Shown piece by piece: positions 35,985-49,458 of a stretch of DNA of 64,000 nt (its first letter is position 1; the number at the start of each line of letters is the position of its first letter). The stretch lies in the NCBI RefSeq assembly GCF_009834535.1, contig NC_045696.1, positions 4,404,001 through 4,468,000 on the forward strand, given 5' to 3'. Source of the DNA: Camelus ferus. Lineage: Eukaryota. Both the position numbers and the translations under genes were made by a program. The notes beneath the pieces are model-generated. The model worked only from the letters and a program-made list of their open reading frames with translations, ran no database searches and was not told the origin of the DNA.

Positions 35985-36200
35985 ATTCAGTGGTTGTCAC
36001 TGAGTGTTGACTGGGTGGCTCAGGGGATGACACCACAAACAGGACAGATAAAGTCTCTCTTCCCACAGAGCTTATCATTTAATGGAAAAGAAAAAACCCA
36101 AAGCAGGTGGCAACCACCATGTGTAAGGAGCATGTAGGGGGAAGAGCCAGCCCGCCCAGGGGTCGCGGACAATCTCCCTGAGGAAGCACCATCAGGACAG
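35985..36200 (+). mobile_element. L2 fragment
   Basis: acaaacaggacagataaagtctctcttcccacagagcttatcatttaatgg. Confidence 0.6.
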
Positions 36201-36403
36201 AGGATGCGTGAAGGCGGGACAAGCTGGCCAAGCCTCCAGCCTGTGGGCCGGCTGCTGCCCTGGGACCCGCTCAGCAGAGTGAGGGGCACCGAGCAAGGGG
36301 GGCTTCTCAGGCGAAATAGCCGAGGATTTCTTCTTGTTCCATTGTCAGGGAAGCCCATGCCACTGCTCCCACTGCAGGAGGCAGTGTCTGCTGTTTTTAA
36401 ATT

Positions 36404-36492
36404 TCCCCTCCCTCCCTCCCTCCTTTCCTCCCTTCCCTACTCCCTCCCTCCCTTCCTTCCTTTCTTGCCTCCTTCCTTCCTTCCATCTTTCT
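36404..36492. repeat. (CCTT/CCCT)n pyrimidine tract
   Basis: Visible in sequence. Confidence 0.9.
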
Positions 36493-36789
36493 TGTATCTG
36501 TCTTTTCCTATCAGCCTAATTCATTCCGACCTGTCAGGACTCATCCCTCTGGACTTCCAACATCTGCTCAGCGCTGGTCAGCTGCCGGAGACCTGGAGTT
36601 GGGGAAGTCAAGAAGCTGACTGTCCCTGAGGATGAAGCCAACACTCGGGTGAGAGGGACTGCCAGCTACCACCAGAAACAAACCCTAGCTGTCCATGGAT
36701 CTGATGATATGTAGCCCCTCCTGGCAAGCCGTTTTTGTTCTGATCCTTGAAGTCTCTCTGGCTCTTGTCAGCTAACGCTTGCGCTCTGC

Positions 36790-38060
36790 TTTTATAAAGC
36801 CCGATGACCCCGCCCTTCCCGGCTCATGAAGGATGAGGCCTGGAATGGCCTGGCTGGCGTGGGTGCCCCTGGTCTGGCATCCAGGGAAGCAAAGCAGCCC
36901 TTATTACAAACTGGTACCTGGACGGGAGACCACGAGTCTGTTTCTCTTTCCATTCCACGCTCCCAAACAGAGGTTCCCCAGGGAGAAGAGCCTGGGCCAG
37001 ACTTCTCTCCTCCTGCCCTGAGACCTTCTGGCTCGTGGGAATGGACCTTCGGCAGCCTTGGCGCTTCCCTGGAGATAAACGAGGGAAGTCCTGCAATCAC
37101 GGCAGAGACAGCAGCACAGCCCTGGAGGTGCTGAGAGTGCACAGAGGGCCAGAGAAACTAGATGTGGCCCCATTTTACTATGACTCATTAATTAAGGGGT
37201 GAAAAATAGGTCACATCACTATTTCAAAATGTATAGTTTCAGTAACACACAAATTAGAATTTTGTGCTACGTCTTTCCATGTGAGTTCGGTGTGCTCACC
37301 TGGACCGCTGGGTAACACATACACTATCAGTGAGCAGTCGTCGAGTCCTGGGGTGTGGCTTAATGGTCCCAGGCACACAATCTCGATCAGTAATTTTGTG
37401 AGGCTTTTTTTTTTTTTTTTTTTGAGAAAGAGAAATGTGGGCCTTTATTCCCATGGCCCAACATTATTGCTGGCATGCTTTGCAAGACACCTCATTACAT
37501 TGTTTATTTCAGAGTCAAAGTGCTTACTTTATAAAGAAGGTAAAATTTCACCTGTAGGAAAATTGGCACAATTTCTTATTTTACCATCCTCAGTGCCAAG
37601 CATTAAAAAAAGGGACTTTCTGTTTGGGTAATTTTGCACAGCAGGAACTTTAAATTATTTACAGCTTTCCTTATCTGGAACCAGAGGGAACGCAGCATTT
37701 TCCATGCCACAATTTATACTGAGCAATGTTCTTAGGGAAAAAAATGGGAGGAAATTACAGATGTGGGCAAGGATCAGAAACAGAACAAAGGAGTTTCAAA
37801 AAAACAAGGGTGTCTTTCTCTTGCTCTAGCCAAGGTGGGTCTGGGAATCCTGCTAGGGAAGCAAACATCAAGAGGACTAGAAATTGCCTTGTTCTTGGGG
37901 GCGTCTGCAAAATGGTTCTCAAATGAGCCTCCGTGAGTAACCGAACGCCGGGGTGAAATTAACAAAACTTGGGTGTGAAATTGGAAGCGGCACGAGACAG
38001 GTCACAGCTGGTGGCTCAGGTTGTGGCATGAAGGTGGGTCCATGTCTTGCGGGACACCAG
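36790..38060 (-). pseudogene. Relic coding segments
   Basis: FMPQPEPPAVTCLVPLPISHPSF; CFFETPLFCF*SL...PKNI; QDFPRLSPGKRQGCRRSI. Confidence 0.45.
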
Positions 38061-38419
38061 TCAGAGCACCTGTCCGCCTGGAGAGGCCAAAGGCGTCCCC
38101 TTTCCTCCCTCCTCAGCCCTCACGCTTTCCGCGGCCTTTGATCACTCTTGCTTCCCATTGTGGAGCATTGTGTGCCTGGAGGCATCCTCCCACAGTGTTA
38201 CGGAGCATCGCCAGCTGGTGATCAGTCTCAGTCCCCACTGCTGATTAAGGATTTCACATCTTGGATTTGAACTGATCTCCTGTCAGTTTAGTTAGTGACA
38301 CTGAGTCCATTAAGGTTGAGTTTCTGGACCTGCACGGTTAGGACCTCACCCTACAACGGAGAGGGGTCTCTGTGCCCCTCCCCTGGCTCTCCTTCTAATT
38401 CCACTCATTGACTCAGTTC

Positions 38420-38960
38420 AATGATACACAACCGTAACAGTAGCGGTTTGCATTCACTGAGCTGCATTATGATGAGCAGCACAGAAGGACTTTCTCCCTT
38501 AATTCTTACGCCAGTTAAACACACAGACTAATACAAATTCTACAGTTAGAGGAGCTGGAGCTCACACAGGTGGGAAGAGCTGTCACCAGGATTCACACTA
38601 GACACTCTGCCGCAGAACCCACCCTCCCACCCACCCTGTGATGCTGAGTAACAAGCGAGCCCTCCTCACTGACGTTATCCTCTGTTTTATATAACTCAGG
38701 AGCCTCTCCCTTACCACCCAGATACCCTGTTACTATCACTTGCAGTAGTATTATTAATAAAAGAACGTTTACTGAGTCTGTTATAGTTTTCAGGATGTCT
38801 TCTTATCACGTTCTCTCTTGGACCTGCACAGCAGACGGGCAGGATGAGTGTGTTGGCCCTGTTTTATGGGAGAATAGCTTAGCTCAGGAGGGCGCACCTA
38901 AGCTGACTGGCCAAATGAGCAAAAGAACGAGACAGAACCCTCCGAGCACTTTGCTGTCCG
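38420..38960 (-). mobile_element. Two MIR fragments
   Basis: gcattcactgagc...ttctacagttagaggagctggagctc; aacgtttactgag...ctgttttatgggagaatagcttagctcagga. Confidence 0.6.
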
Positions 38961-39098
38961 TTGTGAGCCCAGCATACCTCTCCTGTTCCAGGGCTCTGTT
39001 TCCAGTAAGGAAAATCGGTCATTAAATGTTGGCAACAGTGAGTGTCAGGGGTCCAGGTAGGGGGAGCACAGTGATCGGCAGCCAGGCAGCAAAAGGCA

Positions 39099-39404
39099 TC
39101 AGATCATCTCTTCATTTCCACGTGGTCTACACCCCAACCAGGAGGTAAGCTGGGGCTCAGGGCAAAGATTGAATCTTGGAAAAAAATCATCCCTCACAGG
39201 CCGGGCATGGTCTCCTAGCAACCGCGCAGCAGGAGTGCAGAGCAATGCTTTAATCAGTGAGGGACCAATGCAGAAGACCAACCCCACTGAGTAAGTCCAA
39301 GGGAGTTTAGCGACTGGCAAACGGGGAGGAGAGGCAAAAAGCAAAGGGGAGATAAGTGCCGCTTGTGGGGGCAACAGGCGCTTCTTTGTGAACGTTGGAG
39401 GCAT
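39099..39404 (-). pseudogene. Relic coding segment
   Basis: Open 101-codon frame with TFTKKRLLPPQAALI and DDFFPRFNL. Confidence 0.4.
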
Positions 39405-39600
39405 CGGATTCCCGTTACACCACTTGGGTCTGTAATTGGGGCTAAGGAAAACTTATTCCTCTTTGCTCCAAGTTGTCCACCTGAAAAATTGGGAATACTA
39501 GTTAATTTATGAAGTTCTGAGGGTTAAATTTGATAATACACACCAACACCCTAGCAGAGTGTTTGGTACACACGGGAGCATCAATAAATGTTATTTTCTG
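39405..39600 (+). mobile_element. MIR
   Basis: ctccaagttgtccacctgaaaaattggg...ctagcagagtgtttggtacac...aataaatgtta. Confidence 0.75.
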
Positions 39601-39929
39601 TCTTTGTTTTCTCTTCTTCCACACACAAACACCAGGAGTAAGCACCAGGACTCCATCCCAGGCTGGGGTAAGTGGCTTATGCCAAACCTCATAGTTGGCA
39701 CACTAAGAAATCTGGTGCGGGAAAGAAGGAAAATACCTTTCCTTTGAGCAGCTTCTGATCCTCAGTGGCCAGGGAGACGGGGAGATTAAATGTTTAATCT
39801 ACATTCATAACCCGAGATGAGAACCGGAAGGTGGTCTGGATGCCTCCTCTACCTCCAGTCCCACCAGTATGTGGTTTAAGGAGAAATCACCTTATATGAG
39901 ATAACTAATCAGTAACACGCTGATTTAGG

Positions 39930-42750
39930 ATCTATCTAAAGGCACTTCAAGAAAAAGTGAGGGAAAAAATGGGAGCTTAAGATAATGGCAGGTCCAGAAC
40001 ACTCACCAGAAGAACGTTGTCATGAAACAGCTGGAAGTTGAGGCTAAACACATTTCAGAAGATCTGTGAAATCTTAATTAAGTTATCATTATCAATCAGT
40101 ACAAAATAAAAGAGAAAAAAATATCAATCGAGAGCTCAAGGAAGAGATAGTAGGAGAGACAAGAAAGTAAAACATGAGGGTAATGCGGAGCAGAGAGTGA
40201 ACCACATTTACCTCGTTCCCGCGATGACAGGTGTTAGCAGTGCGAGAGCTGGTCTGCAGAGGTGATTCATTACCGTAAAGAAAGAGAACTACCTCTAACA
40301 CTATGTAACCTATGTCCGAGTGTAGATAGAGAAACTCTTACTTTTTAAAAGATTGAAACAAACACAGCTTTGCTGTCAAAGGTTATAAAAAATAGTATGA
40401 AAAACAAAAGCCACAGGCAAACCTCACTTAGTAACATTAAGCCACACACTGGAGAAAGTCATACCAGGGGAGTTCCGTTCGTGGAATACAAGCTTCCTTC
40501 AGTATTAGGAAATCTTTGAGGAATAATTCACCACATTAATAGAGCAAAAGAGAAAAAGTTTATAACCTTCTCCTTAGATGCTGAAAAGACAGTTGATACA
40601 GTCAACTTCTAAATTATTATTAAGAAAAGAATAGCTATACACTTCCTCATCAAATATGAAATATATCTGACTCAAGCTATAACAACCAAATGCAATTTTT
40701 GGTCTCTGATTGTTTCCTGCTATAAAAGCCATTTTGGGATCAATTGGACATATTAGAACACGCACTGGGTATTATAACAGTTAACTTTGTTATGTCTGAT
40801 CATGATTTGTGTGTATGTAGAGGAATATCTCTGTTTTTTGGTGATCCATGATTTCTGTAATTTACTTTAATTAGAAGAGAGAAAGAAATGAAGGGTGGAT
40901 GAAGTAATATTTTTATTAGGGAAAAAAAGTGGAAAAATCAAGAGGAAACAGTTGAAAAGCAATTGCACACAACAAGAGAAACCAGAAAGTGTCAGAATAA
41001 AACTGTTAATATACAGGAGTCAATTGTCCTGTAACCAGGAGAGGGAGGTTACAGTGGAAGGAAAAAAGCCATTTATAACGTTAACAAAAGCGTGACATAA
41101 CTAGGGGTAAACTTACCAAAAAATGGTGACGATCATGATGAAGAAAATGTTCAATACACTATGAAAGAACACAGTAGACTCGATACGTGGAGAGGTGTAC
41201 TCTGTGCTGAGACGGAACTCACCCAGCTTTATAGAGCTGGCGATTCTCCCTTAGTTAATCTGTACATTTAATATCATTAAAATAAAAACCTAATAGCATT
41301 TTTACTTGTTTTTATTAATTTATTGTTTACATTTAGCATGTTTCAAAGGGAAGAATAAATAAGCTTTCTGAAAAAGAACTTTTAAATACAATCACAATAA
41401 TTAAATCAGTGTGATGCTGGCGTTAGAAAAGACAGATAATTGGAAAAGAGCCTCATCTGTAGACCCAATTAGATACAAGAATTTAAAGATAATATTTTAA
41501 ATTAGAGAGGAAAACATTAATTGTTAAGTAAGGATTGTGGCGACAACTACATAGTATTTGGAAAAAACAAATTTTAGAAAACAAATTTTCAACTGCTCAA
41601 ACTATAAATATACACAAAGGAAGGAAACAATGAAAACACTAACAGTAAATACAAAATGAGGAATTTCTCTGTAAGAATCACACAAGACCTACCTTGGTAA
41701 ATTTGACAACACACAGTCCTGAAATCAGGAAAAACTTCACCGCAAACAAATTCAATCACAAACGACAATCTTGCAAAAACGTTTGCAACTTTTATCATGA
41801 TCAAAGGGTTAATTTTTCTAACAAACCAATGGAAGAAAATAACAATAAAATACAAAATTGAGTAAAAGACATACAGAGACAGTTCCCACCACTCGTCCCT
41901 ACACAAATACAAACTCCTAGACACATGGAAATGTGTTCCTTCTCAGTCAATTTAAGAATCATGCAAATTGAAACTATACCCGGATTCTGTTGTTCATGTA
42001 TCCAGTTGACATGGATCAAAGATCACACTGCTTGTTGGGGAAAATGGGAGGAGAGAGACAGGCTTTTGCACTGTGGCTGGGAAGGCTCACTTGGGACATC
42101 TTCTGAAGGCAAACTTGGCAATATTTATTATATATTTTAATTATGCTTGATTAAATTATATATTCATGATTATGTATTTATAATATTTAACACAATATAT
42201 CAATAATATAACTAATATGTCAATATTATGCATTTATGATATTTAATTATAAAATGAAAGTACAGTTCTCTTTTGACTTGAAAACTCCTCTTCTAATCAT
42301 TTATCTGCAGATACATTCACACTTATACAAATTCTTACCTGTACGAGGCCTTGCAGTATTCTTTTTTTAAATAGAAAGCTAGTAGGAAAAAAAAGAAACA
42401 AAGCCTAAATATCATTATCAGGAAACAGATAAGTCCATTATGACACATTCTTTGAGCCACAGCAGTTAAAAAGGAGGAGGTAAGTCTTTGGTACTGACAT
42501 TGACACATCACCAAAATAAATATGAAGTGAAAAACATCAAAAGCAAGAACGTTGTGCTCAGGAGACTATTCTGTGTATAATTCTCACTCACACCATATTT
42601 TGCAATAAGTACAGAATACCCACTTCTGTGAGGTATCCAAGCAGCTGGGAACAGTGCTTGCCTCTGGGATAAGGCTGTGCAAAGGGAGTTGGAGAGAAAC
42701 TTACATCCTACTGTATAACATTTTTGTCTTAAGTTTTGTATCATTTGCAC
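39930..42750 (+). mobile_element. Cluster of very old L1 (L1ME) fragments
   Basis: A-rich degenerate ORF1/ORF2/3'UTR text (ttagatgctgaaaagacagttgata; aaaaacgtttgcaac...aaagggttaatt). Confidence 0.65.
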
Positions 42751-42999
42751 ATACTATTTATTCGAACTGTGAACACAGTGTTGAAGATAATAAGTACCAT
42801 AACAAATGCTAGCGTTTACTACGTGCCAGGCACTGCTCTGAGTGCTTTAGATACATCACTTCAGAACATCCTCATGGCAGCTTCGGGGGGTGGCACCTTA
42901 CAGATGACGAGCACAGTGGGAGACACGCAGCTTGCTAAGTGAGCGGCAGGACTGCAGTTCTTCCAGCCCTTGCCTCCGAGGCTCTGCAGCATCCAATGT

Positions 43000-43266
43000 T
43001 CATGGAGGAAACACCAGCAGAAAGGGAATTTTTCTACGGTCGATGATAAAGGTAAGAAAGGATATAGAAATGATGGAGAGGAAGTCCCCAGGAGGTGTGA
43101 GGAGATGGGATCCCGGATGTACCTGGTTCAGAAGGGAACTCCTGGTTTGAGAAGGGAAGGATCTGGTAAAGACGGGTGCTGTCAGCACATGATCTGAGTG
43201 GCTGGCATCAGATGTTTCAGTGTCACTACCAAAAAGACTTACTGCATCCTTTTTAACTGCCGCCAC
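43000..43266 (-). pseudogene. Possible relic segment
   Basis: GDFLSIISISFLTFIIDRRKIPFLLVFPP fits the F..F...WF..KL.PFL pattern. Confidence 0.35.
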
Positions 43267-43471
43267 TAAATAAATGTGTCATAATGGGTTTACATGTTTC
43301 TTAGTATAGGTATTTAGGGTTGGCTTGTTTTCCTGCTAACTTTCTATCCTATTTTTATTATGTTTTATGTACTATATGTTTCTATTATATTTTTATTTAT
43401 ATTTTACATAATATATAACATCATATACTTAATATTATTATATGGAGTTCTTCAAGAACCTGAAGACTAGC

Positions 43472-43930
43472 TGTGCAAATCAAAACCACAGTGAGATGAA
43501 ACTTCATCCCAAACAGGATGGCTAGAATCCAAAAGACAGACAATAAAAGGTATTGGCCAGGAGGTGGAAAAATTAGAACCCTCATCCACTGCAGGTGGGA
43601 ATGTAAATGGTGCAGCCACTTTGGAAAACAATCTGAAAATTCTTCAAGTGACTAAACATACAGTTACCATATGACCCAGTCATTTCACTCCTAGGTGTAT
43701 ACCCCAGACAAATAAAAACATATGTCCACACAAAAATCTGTGCAAGAATGTTTATAGCAGCTTTCCCCCCCATAATAGCCAAAAACTGAAAACAAGGCAA
43801 GTATCTGTCAACTGATAAATGGATAAATAAAATGTGGTGTACATGGGGAATATTACATGGCAATGAAGAAGGAGTATAGATCCATATCAAATGGACAAAT
43901 TGTATGGCATGTGAATTGTATCTTCATAAG
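43472..43930 (+). mobile_element. L1MB/L1ME 3' fragment
   Basis: gcaaatcaaaaccacagtgagat...gggaatgtaaatggtgcagccactttggaaaac. Confidence 0.85.
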
Positions 43931-44208
43931 CAACTTGGGATTTCTCAGTGAAATAGATTGTGAGGTGGTTTCCTAAGAACCCAGGAAGGGCAGTGGGTGG
44001 ACAGCCATAAGAATTGAAGCAAAGGTGTGAAACAGCTGTTGTGGGGCTGAGTGGGGACTCTGAGAAGGGGCCTGAAAGGGACCACAGGGCCGCTGGCTCT
44101 AGGATGAAATTAGCATCCTAGAACTCGTAGCTACAGCGATGCTGGTAGGTACCTGGTTTCTCCAGCAGCCCTCAGCAAACAAGGTATAGGTGCTTCCTCA
44201 TAGCAGTT

Positions 44209-44466
44209 TTAGACAGAAACTCCAACAATACAGGTTTTTACTTCATTTGCTGAACATTGTGTCCCCTGCAGGGATGGCTGAGTGGAGCCCTGTTGGGGGG
44301 CATCACGTCCTGAGAACACAGACATTGCCACCCCCACCATCCCCTGGGGGTGGCACAACCCAACCCTGCCCACCAGCCAAAACTCCTTCCCTGTGGTAAT
44401 CAGCATAATTAAAAAAATACACTGCACCCTAATTTTGTTCCCTGAACTACAGGAGCACCTGTGCAT
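44209..44466 (-). pseudogene. Possible relic segment
   Basis: TGKEFWLVGRVGL...SVFSGRDA. Confidence 0.35.
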
Positions 44467-44910
44467 AGATCCTTTTTTTTTATTTCCATGGTAAGTAGAG
44501 TTCTGTTACAGCCGCTTTATGGATGGACCAAGACTCAGAGGCATTGGGTGACCTACTCAGACCCCTCCACCTGCAGTCTGAGGGGCGGTCCAAGGCAGGT
44601 CTGGCTCCTGGTTGTTAGGATTTCAACAGCCCCATGCCCCGTCTTCATGCATTCAGTAGGTACTTACTGACCACCCACATGTGCCAGGCACCCAGCCTGG
44701 CGATGAGAATATAGAGATGGCCTCAAGGAACATGCAGACCCGGGCAGGAGACCTGGCCCTCCCAGGTGGCACTGTCACAGCTGACCTTCTGCACAGAAGC
44801 AGAACCGTTTCACTGCTTGACTTGGAGAACGTTCTGACACAGACATTTTGATGCCACTGGGTGACATTAGTTGGGTCACCACTGACCCCGTCAATGTGTA
44901 AAATCACTGT

Positions 44911-44991
44911 TGTGTATGTGTGTGTGTATATATATATATATATAATTTACATATTAGTATTTAAATATATATATATATATTTTTTTTTTTT
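44911..44991. repeat. (TG)n(TA)n-spacer-(TA)n-poly(T)
   Basis: Visible in sequence. Confidence 0.9.
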
Positions 44992-45002
44992 AAATTAAAG
45001 AA

Positions 45003-45075
45003 GGAGGGTATAGCTCTAGTGGTAGAGCACATGCTTAGCATGCACTAGGTCCTGGGTTCAATCCCCACTACCTCC
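45003..45075 (+). mobile_element. tRNA-Ala-derived SINE head without tail
   Basis: ggagggtatagctctagtggtagagcacatgcttagcatgcactaggtcctgggttcaatccccactacctcc. Confidence 0.85.
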
Positions 45076-45199
45076 CTTCGCATCCTCCAGGCCTAGTGGC
45101 TAGTGGATACCTAGTCAGTTGAAAGGTAAGCATCACTGTGAAGCCAAGACAAAGCAATATTTATAGCCTGGATGATTGATTTTTTTAATGTTTTCAATA

Positions 45200-46500
45200 A
45201 TATTTATTTTTAGACAATATACTTTTATAGTTTTTAGATGATCCATCTGCACAATGTTTACAAAATACAAAAAAGAAAGTGAAAATTTCTTCCAGGCCTG
45301 TCCTCCAGCCACCCAGCTCCCTTCCCTTGGAGGCAGCTGAGGTTACCAGCATCGTGCCAGAGCTGTTGTGCGTGTATGCAAGCAAATGGTTAGGTGTGAG
45401 AATACATACGTGTCTATAAGATATACGGTTTCATGCTTGGCTTTCCTTGTTTTTCCTGAATCCTGCTATAATGAGTGATCGTCTACAAATTGACATCAGC
45501 TAATCTAAGATGCCTTAATAATAAGGCACTCTCTTATTTTATGTACCATCAACAAAGAAAACAATGCTGTGGATTAAAACATGACAGTGTCGATTGTCAA
45601 ACTCATTCCAATTTCTAAGATGTATCTTAAAAATTTATCAAATACAGCACACTGTCACTCAAGGCTGTAGGATAAACTCCCGGAGTGAAACTACAAGTTC
45701 AAAATGTAGGTTTATTTGTAATTTTTAAATACCTAATTATGCCCACCGAGGCTCTGCCAATTTACACTTAAGCACCCCTCGCATGAATGAAAATGTCCAT
45801 TTCCTGACTTCTTCTCAAAGTCAGTGTGTAAACAAACTTACAAAAATGGTTTTCAACCGAATTGATTAGAAAATGGTACGTCAATGTAGTTTCACCTGGC
45901 ACTTTTTTCTTAGAAGCTGTGATGTTGAACCTGACTGCTGTGCCGCCCTCTGAGCTGTTTTTTCTGAGAACTGCCGTAATCTTTGCTCATCTTCCCATTG
46001 ACTTGCTGCTCTTCATAGGGCTTTTTAGGTGCTTTTTCTCTTTTCAGGAAGTTAGCCCTTTGTGACATGAGCTGAAAATTTTTCTGAGTTTCCCATCTGT
46101 CTTGTGCTTTGTGATGTTTTGTTGTGCAGATTAAAAAAAACCTTTCATGTAGTCAAATTCATCCATCTTCTCTTTCATGACTTCTAGGTTATTGTCATAC
46201 TTACAGAGGGCTTTCGAACTTCAAGATAATTAACAACAGTTCATCCACACTTATGATACTTTTGTAATTTCCATTTTCTAAGATTTTTTTTTCTGGAATT
46301 TATTTTGATTTATGGTTTTAAGTATAGATTCATAATTATTCTTTGAGTGGCTATATATGAAATGCCCACTCTAAACATACAATAAAATCCCATGTGAATT
46401 CGGATCTATTTTTGAATCTTTCCAGGTTCTTATGAAATGATCATTTATTTGCATTCTCCCTTGAATTTTGTATCTTTCTACTGGATTCTATTCATTGGCT
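45200..46500 (-). mobile_element. Old L1ME fragments
   Basis: atctttgctcatcttcccattg; ttcatgtagtcaaattcatccatctt. Confidence 0.6.
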
Positions 46501-47399
46501 TTGGAGTTGAACAACAACTTCGATTTCATTTTCCATAAAATAATGCCCTCCCTCAACTCTACATTACCTCACATCTGAGTCTATCCTTTTTTACCTGTTT
46601 ACTGCCAAGCTTCTAGAAAGAAAAATATTATATTTTCTGTCTCTATTTCCTGATTTGCAGTTTGCTCTTCATTTCTTTGCCACCTGGATCCCACCCAACA
46701 CTGCACTGAAATAGTTTTGCTAAAGTCATCAATAACCTCAAGGCCTCTTCTCACTTAAACGGCTTGGGAGCTCTCAACACTGCTGACTTCCCACAGCAGC
46801 CTCTGTTCTCAGCCTGTATAGCACTGCATCTGGGTTTCCTCTCATCCCTTGGGTGTGTTCTTGTTTTTGCAGATGCAGTGGTCCTTTCCCTCTGCTGGGT
46901 GTGAAGTTTATCTCTGGCTTCAGGACTCTCTTAATAGCCTTGTTCCTAGAACAAAGGGTTCATAGGAGAGGGCTTCATGGAAAAAAGCTCTAGAGAGAAA
47001 CTTGTGCAGTTTAAAGTCAGGTGGATAAATGATTTTAGCCTTTTAAGCAGGCTGAGGCCTGGGACCTCCAGCTGCAGGCTGAGTCCTGCAGCCAGAACAA
47101 CAGGATATAAGGAAACCACAAGGGGTCAAGAGGAGGACACCGGGGTGAAGAGCAGGGCACTGGGGTCAAGAATAGGGCACTGAGCATGATCCCTGCGTGC
47201 AGCACCAAGAGGGCGTTTGGTGGACCACCGAAGCCTCCCTCCTCTCTGGCCCAACCCTGGTCAGCAAGAGCCTGAGAGAAACCCTTTAAACCAGTACACA
47301 GTGAAGCAGTCACAAAACCATTATAGGTGTCAGATGGTCACCGATGACAATAGAGTCCTGCTCGGTTATAGACGGACCATCCTCCACATCATTTACAGG

Positions 47400-47785
47400 C
47401 TTGTCCTTACCTGGCCATTGAATGTAGTTTTTCAGGGCTTGGACCTGTCTCCTCTTCTTTCACTTTATACTCTCTCCCTTGGGAACTGCTTCCATGCCCA
47501 CAGCTTCTTTTCATCCACAGACAAATGCCTCACTACATTATTTCTTCATCCCTGGTCTTCTTCTGAGCTCCAGACGTGTGTATCCAATTATTAACTGGGC
47601 ATCTCCAAATGGAAGTTTTGTTGACATGTCTGATTCTAATTTCATGGTCGCAATAGCCTCCCTTTCCTTTCCATACTGAAGTGGTTCTCTCCTCTGCTTC
47701 CTCTCTAAGTGAGTGACAGACTGTCTATCTAGTTAAGCAAGCCAAGCTTCTAGCGTCATTCCTGGAACCGCTCTTTCTGTGCTCC
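47400..47785 (-). mobile_element. L2 fragment
   Basis: cactttatactctctcccttggg...ttctgagctccagacgtgtgtatccaa. Confidence 0.75.
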
Positions 47786-47786
47786 T

Positions 47787-48640
47787 TGTGTGCTGGAGTT
47801 GGCTTGCATTGACTCATAACAGCTGATTGTTAAATTTTCCAGAACTTTGTCAACTGGTTGTTAAATATCAAATTATAAAAATTTAGTTACTAAAAGTTAA
47901 ATTATATTAACTTACAAGTAAATAAATTATACTAAAGTAAAGGTAATAAATATTCAAAACCATCTCTTCCTAACTGAACTTTATTATTACCTATGCTCTT
48001 GAGATTATTTTCAACAGTGGTACCCGCCTGGTGGAAATCCTATCCAGTTTGTATCCCTCCCCTATCCTGCCTTCAGTGATGTCACACTGGCAACTAGAAG
48101 TCTGCCCTGATGAGGGCATTTTCACCATGCAAATTGGCAAACGTTACCAGCTGGAGCTTGATTTGTTGTTTGATTCATTTATTGTTAGTTGTCTACAACT
48201 AAGAAAGAATGGGAGGGAATGTATTAACATTTAACCCTGAAAGTGTGTCGTGACTTTAGCCATCATGGTGAGTGACTTAAAATTTTGTGGAAATAGTCTT
48301 CCAATGTTCAAAAATTATAAACTCATTCAGCAAAGAAATAGGTCAGGTCATTGACCAATGAGTGAACTTCTCACATACATCCTCACTATGTCACTTTTGT
48401 CACTCTTACAAACAAAAATATCAGCCAGTATTCATGTCAGAAATTTCATCAGTTCAAACATAGTTTTGCTGTAGATACGAATTCTGCCAAAATGAATAAA
48501 GACATGTTGTGAGAATCAACTTGCTGTGTGGAATTTAGAATCAATTTTCTACATGGAATTAACAATAAAGAATATTATATATATATTATTATTAATTGTA
48601 AATTGAGTACTGCAGTCCTTTATGAGAGTAAAATTTACTA
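47787..48640. mobile_element. MER63C/D-like hAT-Blackjack element nested in L2
   Basis: tgtgctggagttggct...ctgattgttaaattttccag...aaaggtaataaatattcaaaac...ctatgctcttgag. Confidence 0.85.
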
Positions 48641-49099
48641 CTTTAGTCCAGTCGCTACCATCTCCATCTCTCAAGTGAATTACTGTGTTAGACCAATACC
48701 CACTCTTAGCCACCCCCAATCTTTTTAAAGTCCAAATTTTTTTTTCCAATTAATACTTTACTGAGGACCTACTATGTCTGCTACTCAAGGAGCTGGCTAA
48801 AAGCAGCAGTGGATAAAGCAGACATAAATCTCTGTCCTTGTGGAATTTACACTCTGGAGAATAAACATTAACAAGTGCTATAAAGAAAAACAGAGCAGGG
48901 CTGGGGACTAGGGAGGGCAGGTAGGTTTGCAGCAAAAATAATAAAAATTGCAGGACAGTACAGCTGTGCACCGTGGCCCCAGGGACCTGCTCTTGCTCTG
49001 TCTCCTGGTGTCCCCTCTGAATGAAGTCGTTCCATCCTACTTAACCATGGCTGTAGGTCACCCAACCCCATCCTCTGGCCGCTTTCCCTCTTCCCTCGT

Positions 49100-49449
49100 C
49101 CCAGTTCCCACAGAGCCTTTGAGAACTCAGCCTGGGTGAAAACCTCAGGCTTATAGTTTCCTATAAAAATCATCTGAATAAAAATCTGAAGCCTTATTTT
49201 TATTTCAAGTAAAATTTGTTACCTAACAGCTATTGCTGGAGGGGAAACTTCTAGGGTGAGCTAAAATGTGCACATATTTTAGGCAAGGAGGTGGAATTAC
49301 ATTGTGCTGCATGATATTGTGTCACAGGAGTTGTGTCTTATGCAAATGAACCTTCCTTTCGGGCTGTTCCACCTGCTGTCAGTGGAGGAACAAAGGCCAG
49401 CGAGCCTGGGATTGCCTTGGCTGATGAGAAGGGTCTTTTCTTTCAGATG
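49100..49449 (-). pseudogene. Relic coding segment abutting an MLT1 LTR
   Basis: One frame: HLKEKTLLISQGNPRLAGLCSSTDSRWNSPKGRF...*LTLEV...FTQAEFSKALWEL. Confidence 0.55.
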
Positions 49450-49458
49450 CCTGAGAAG

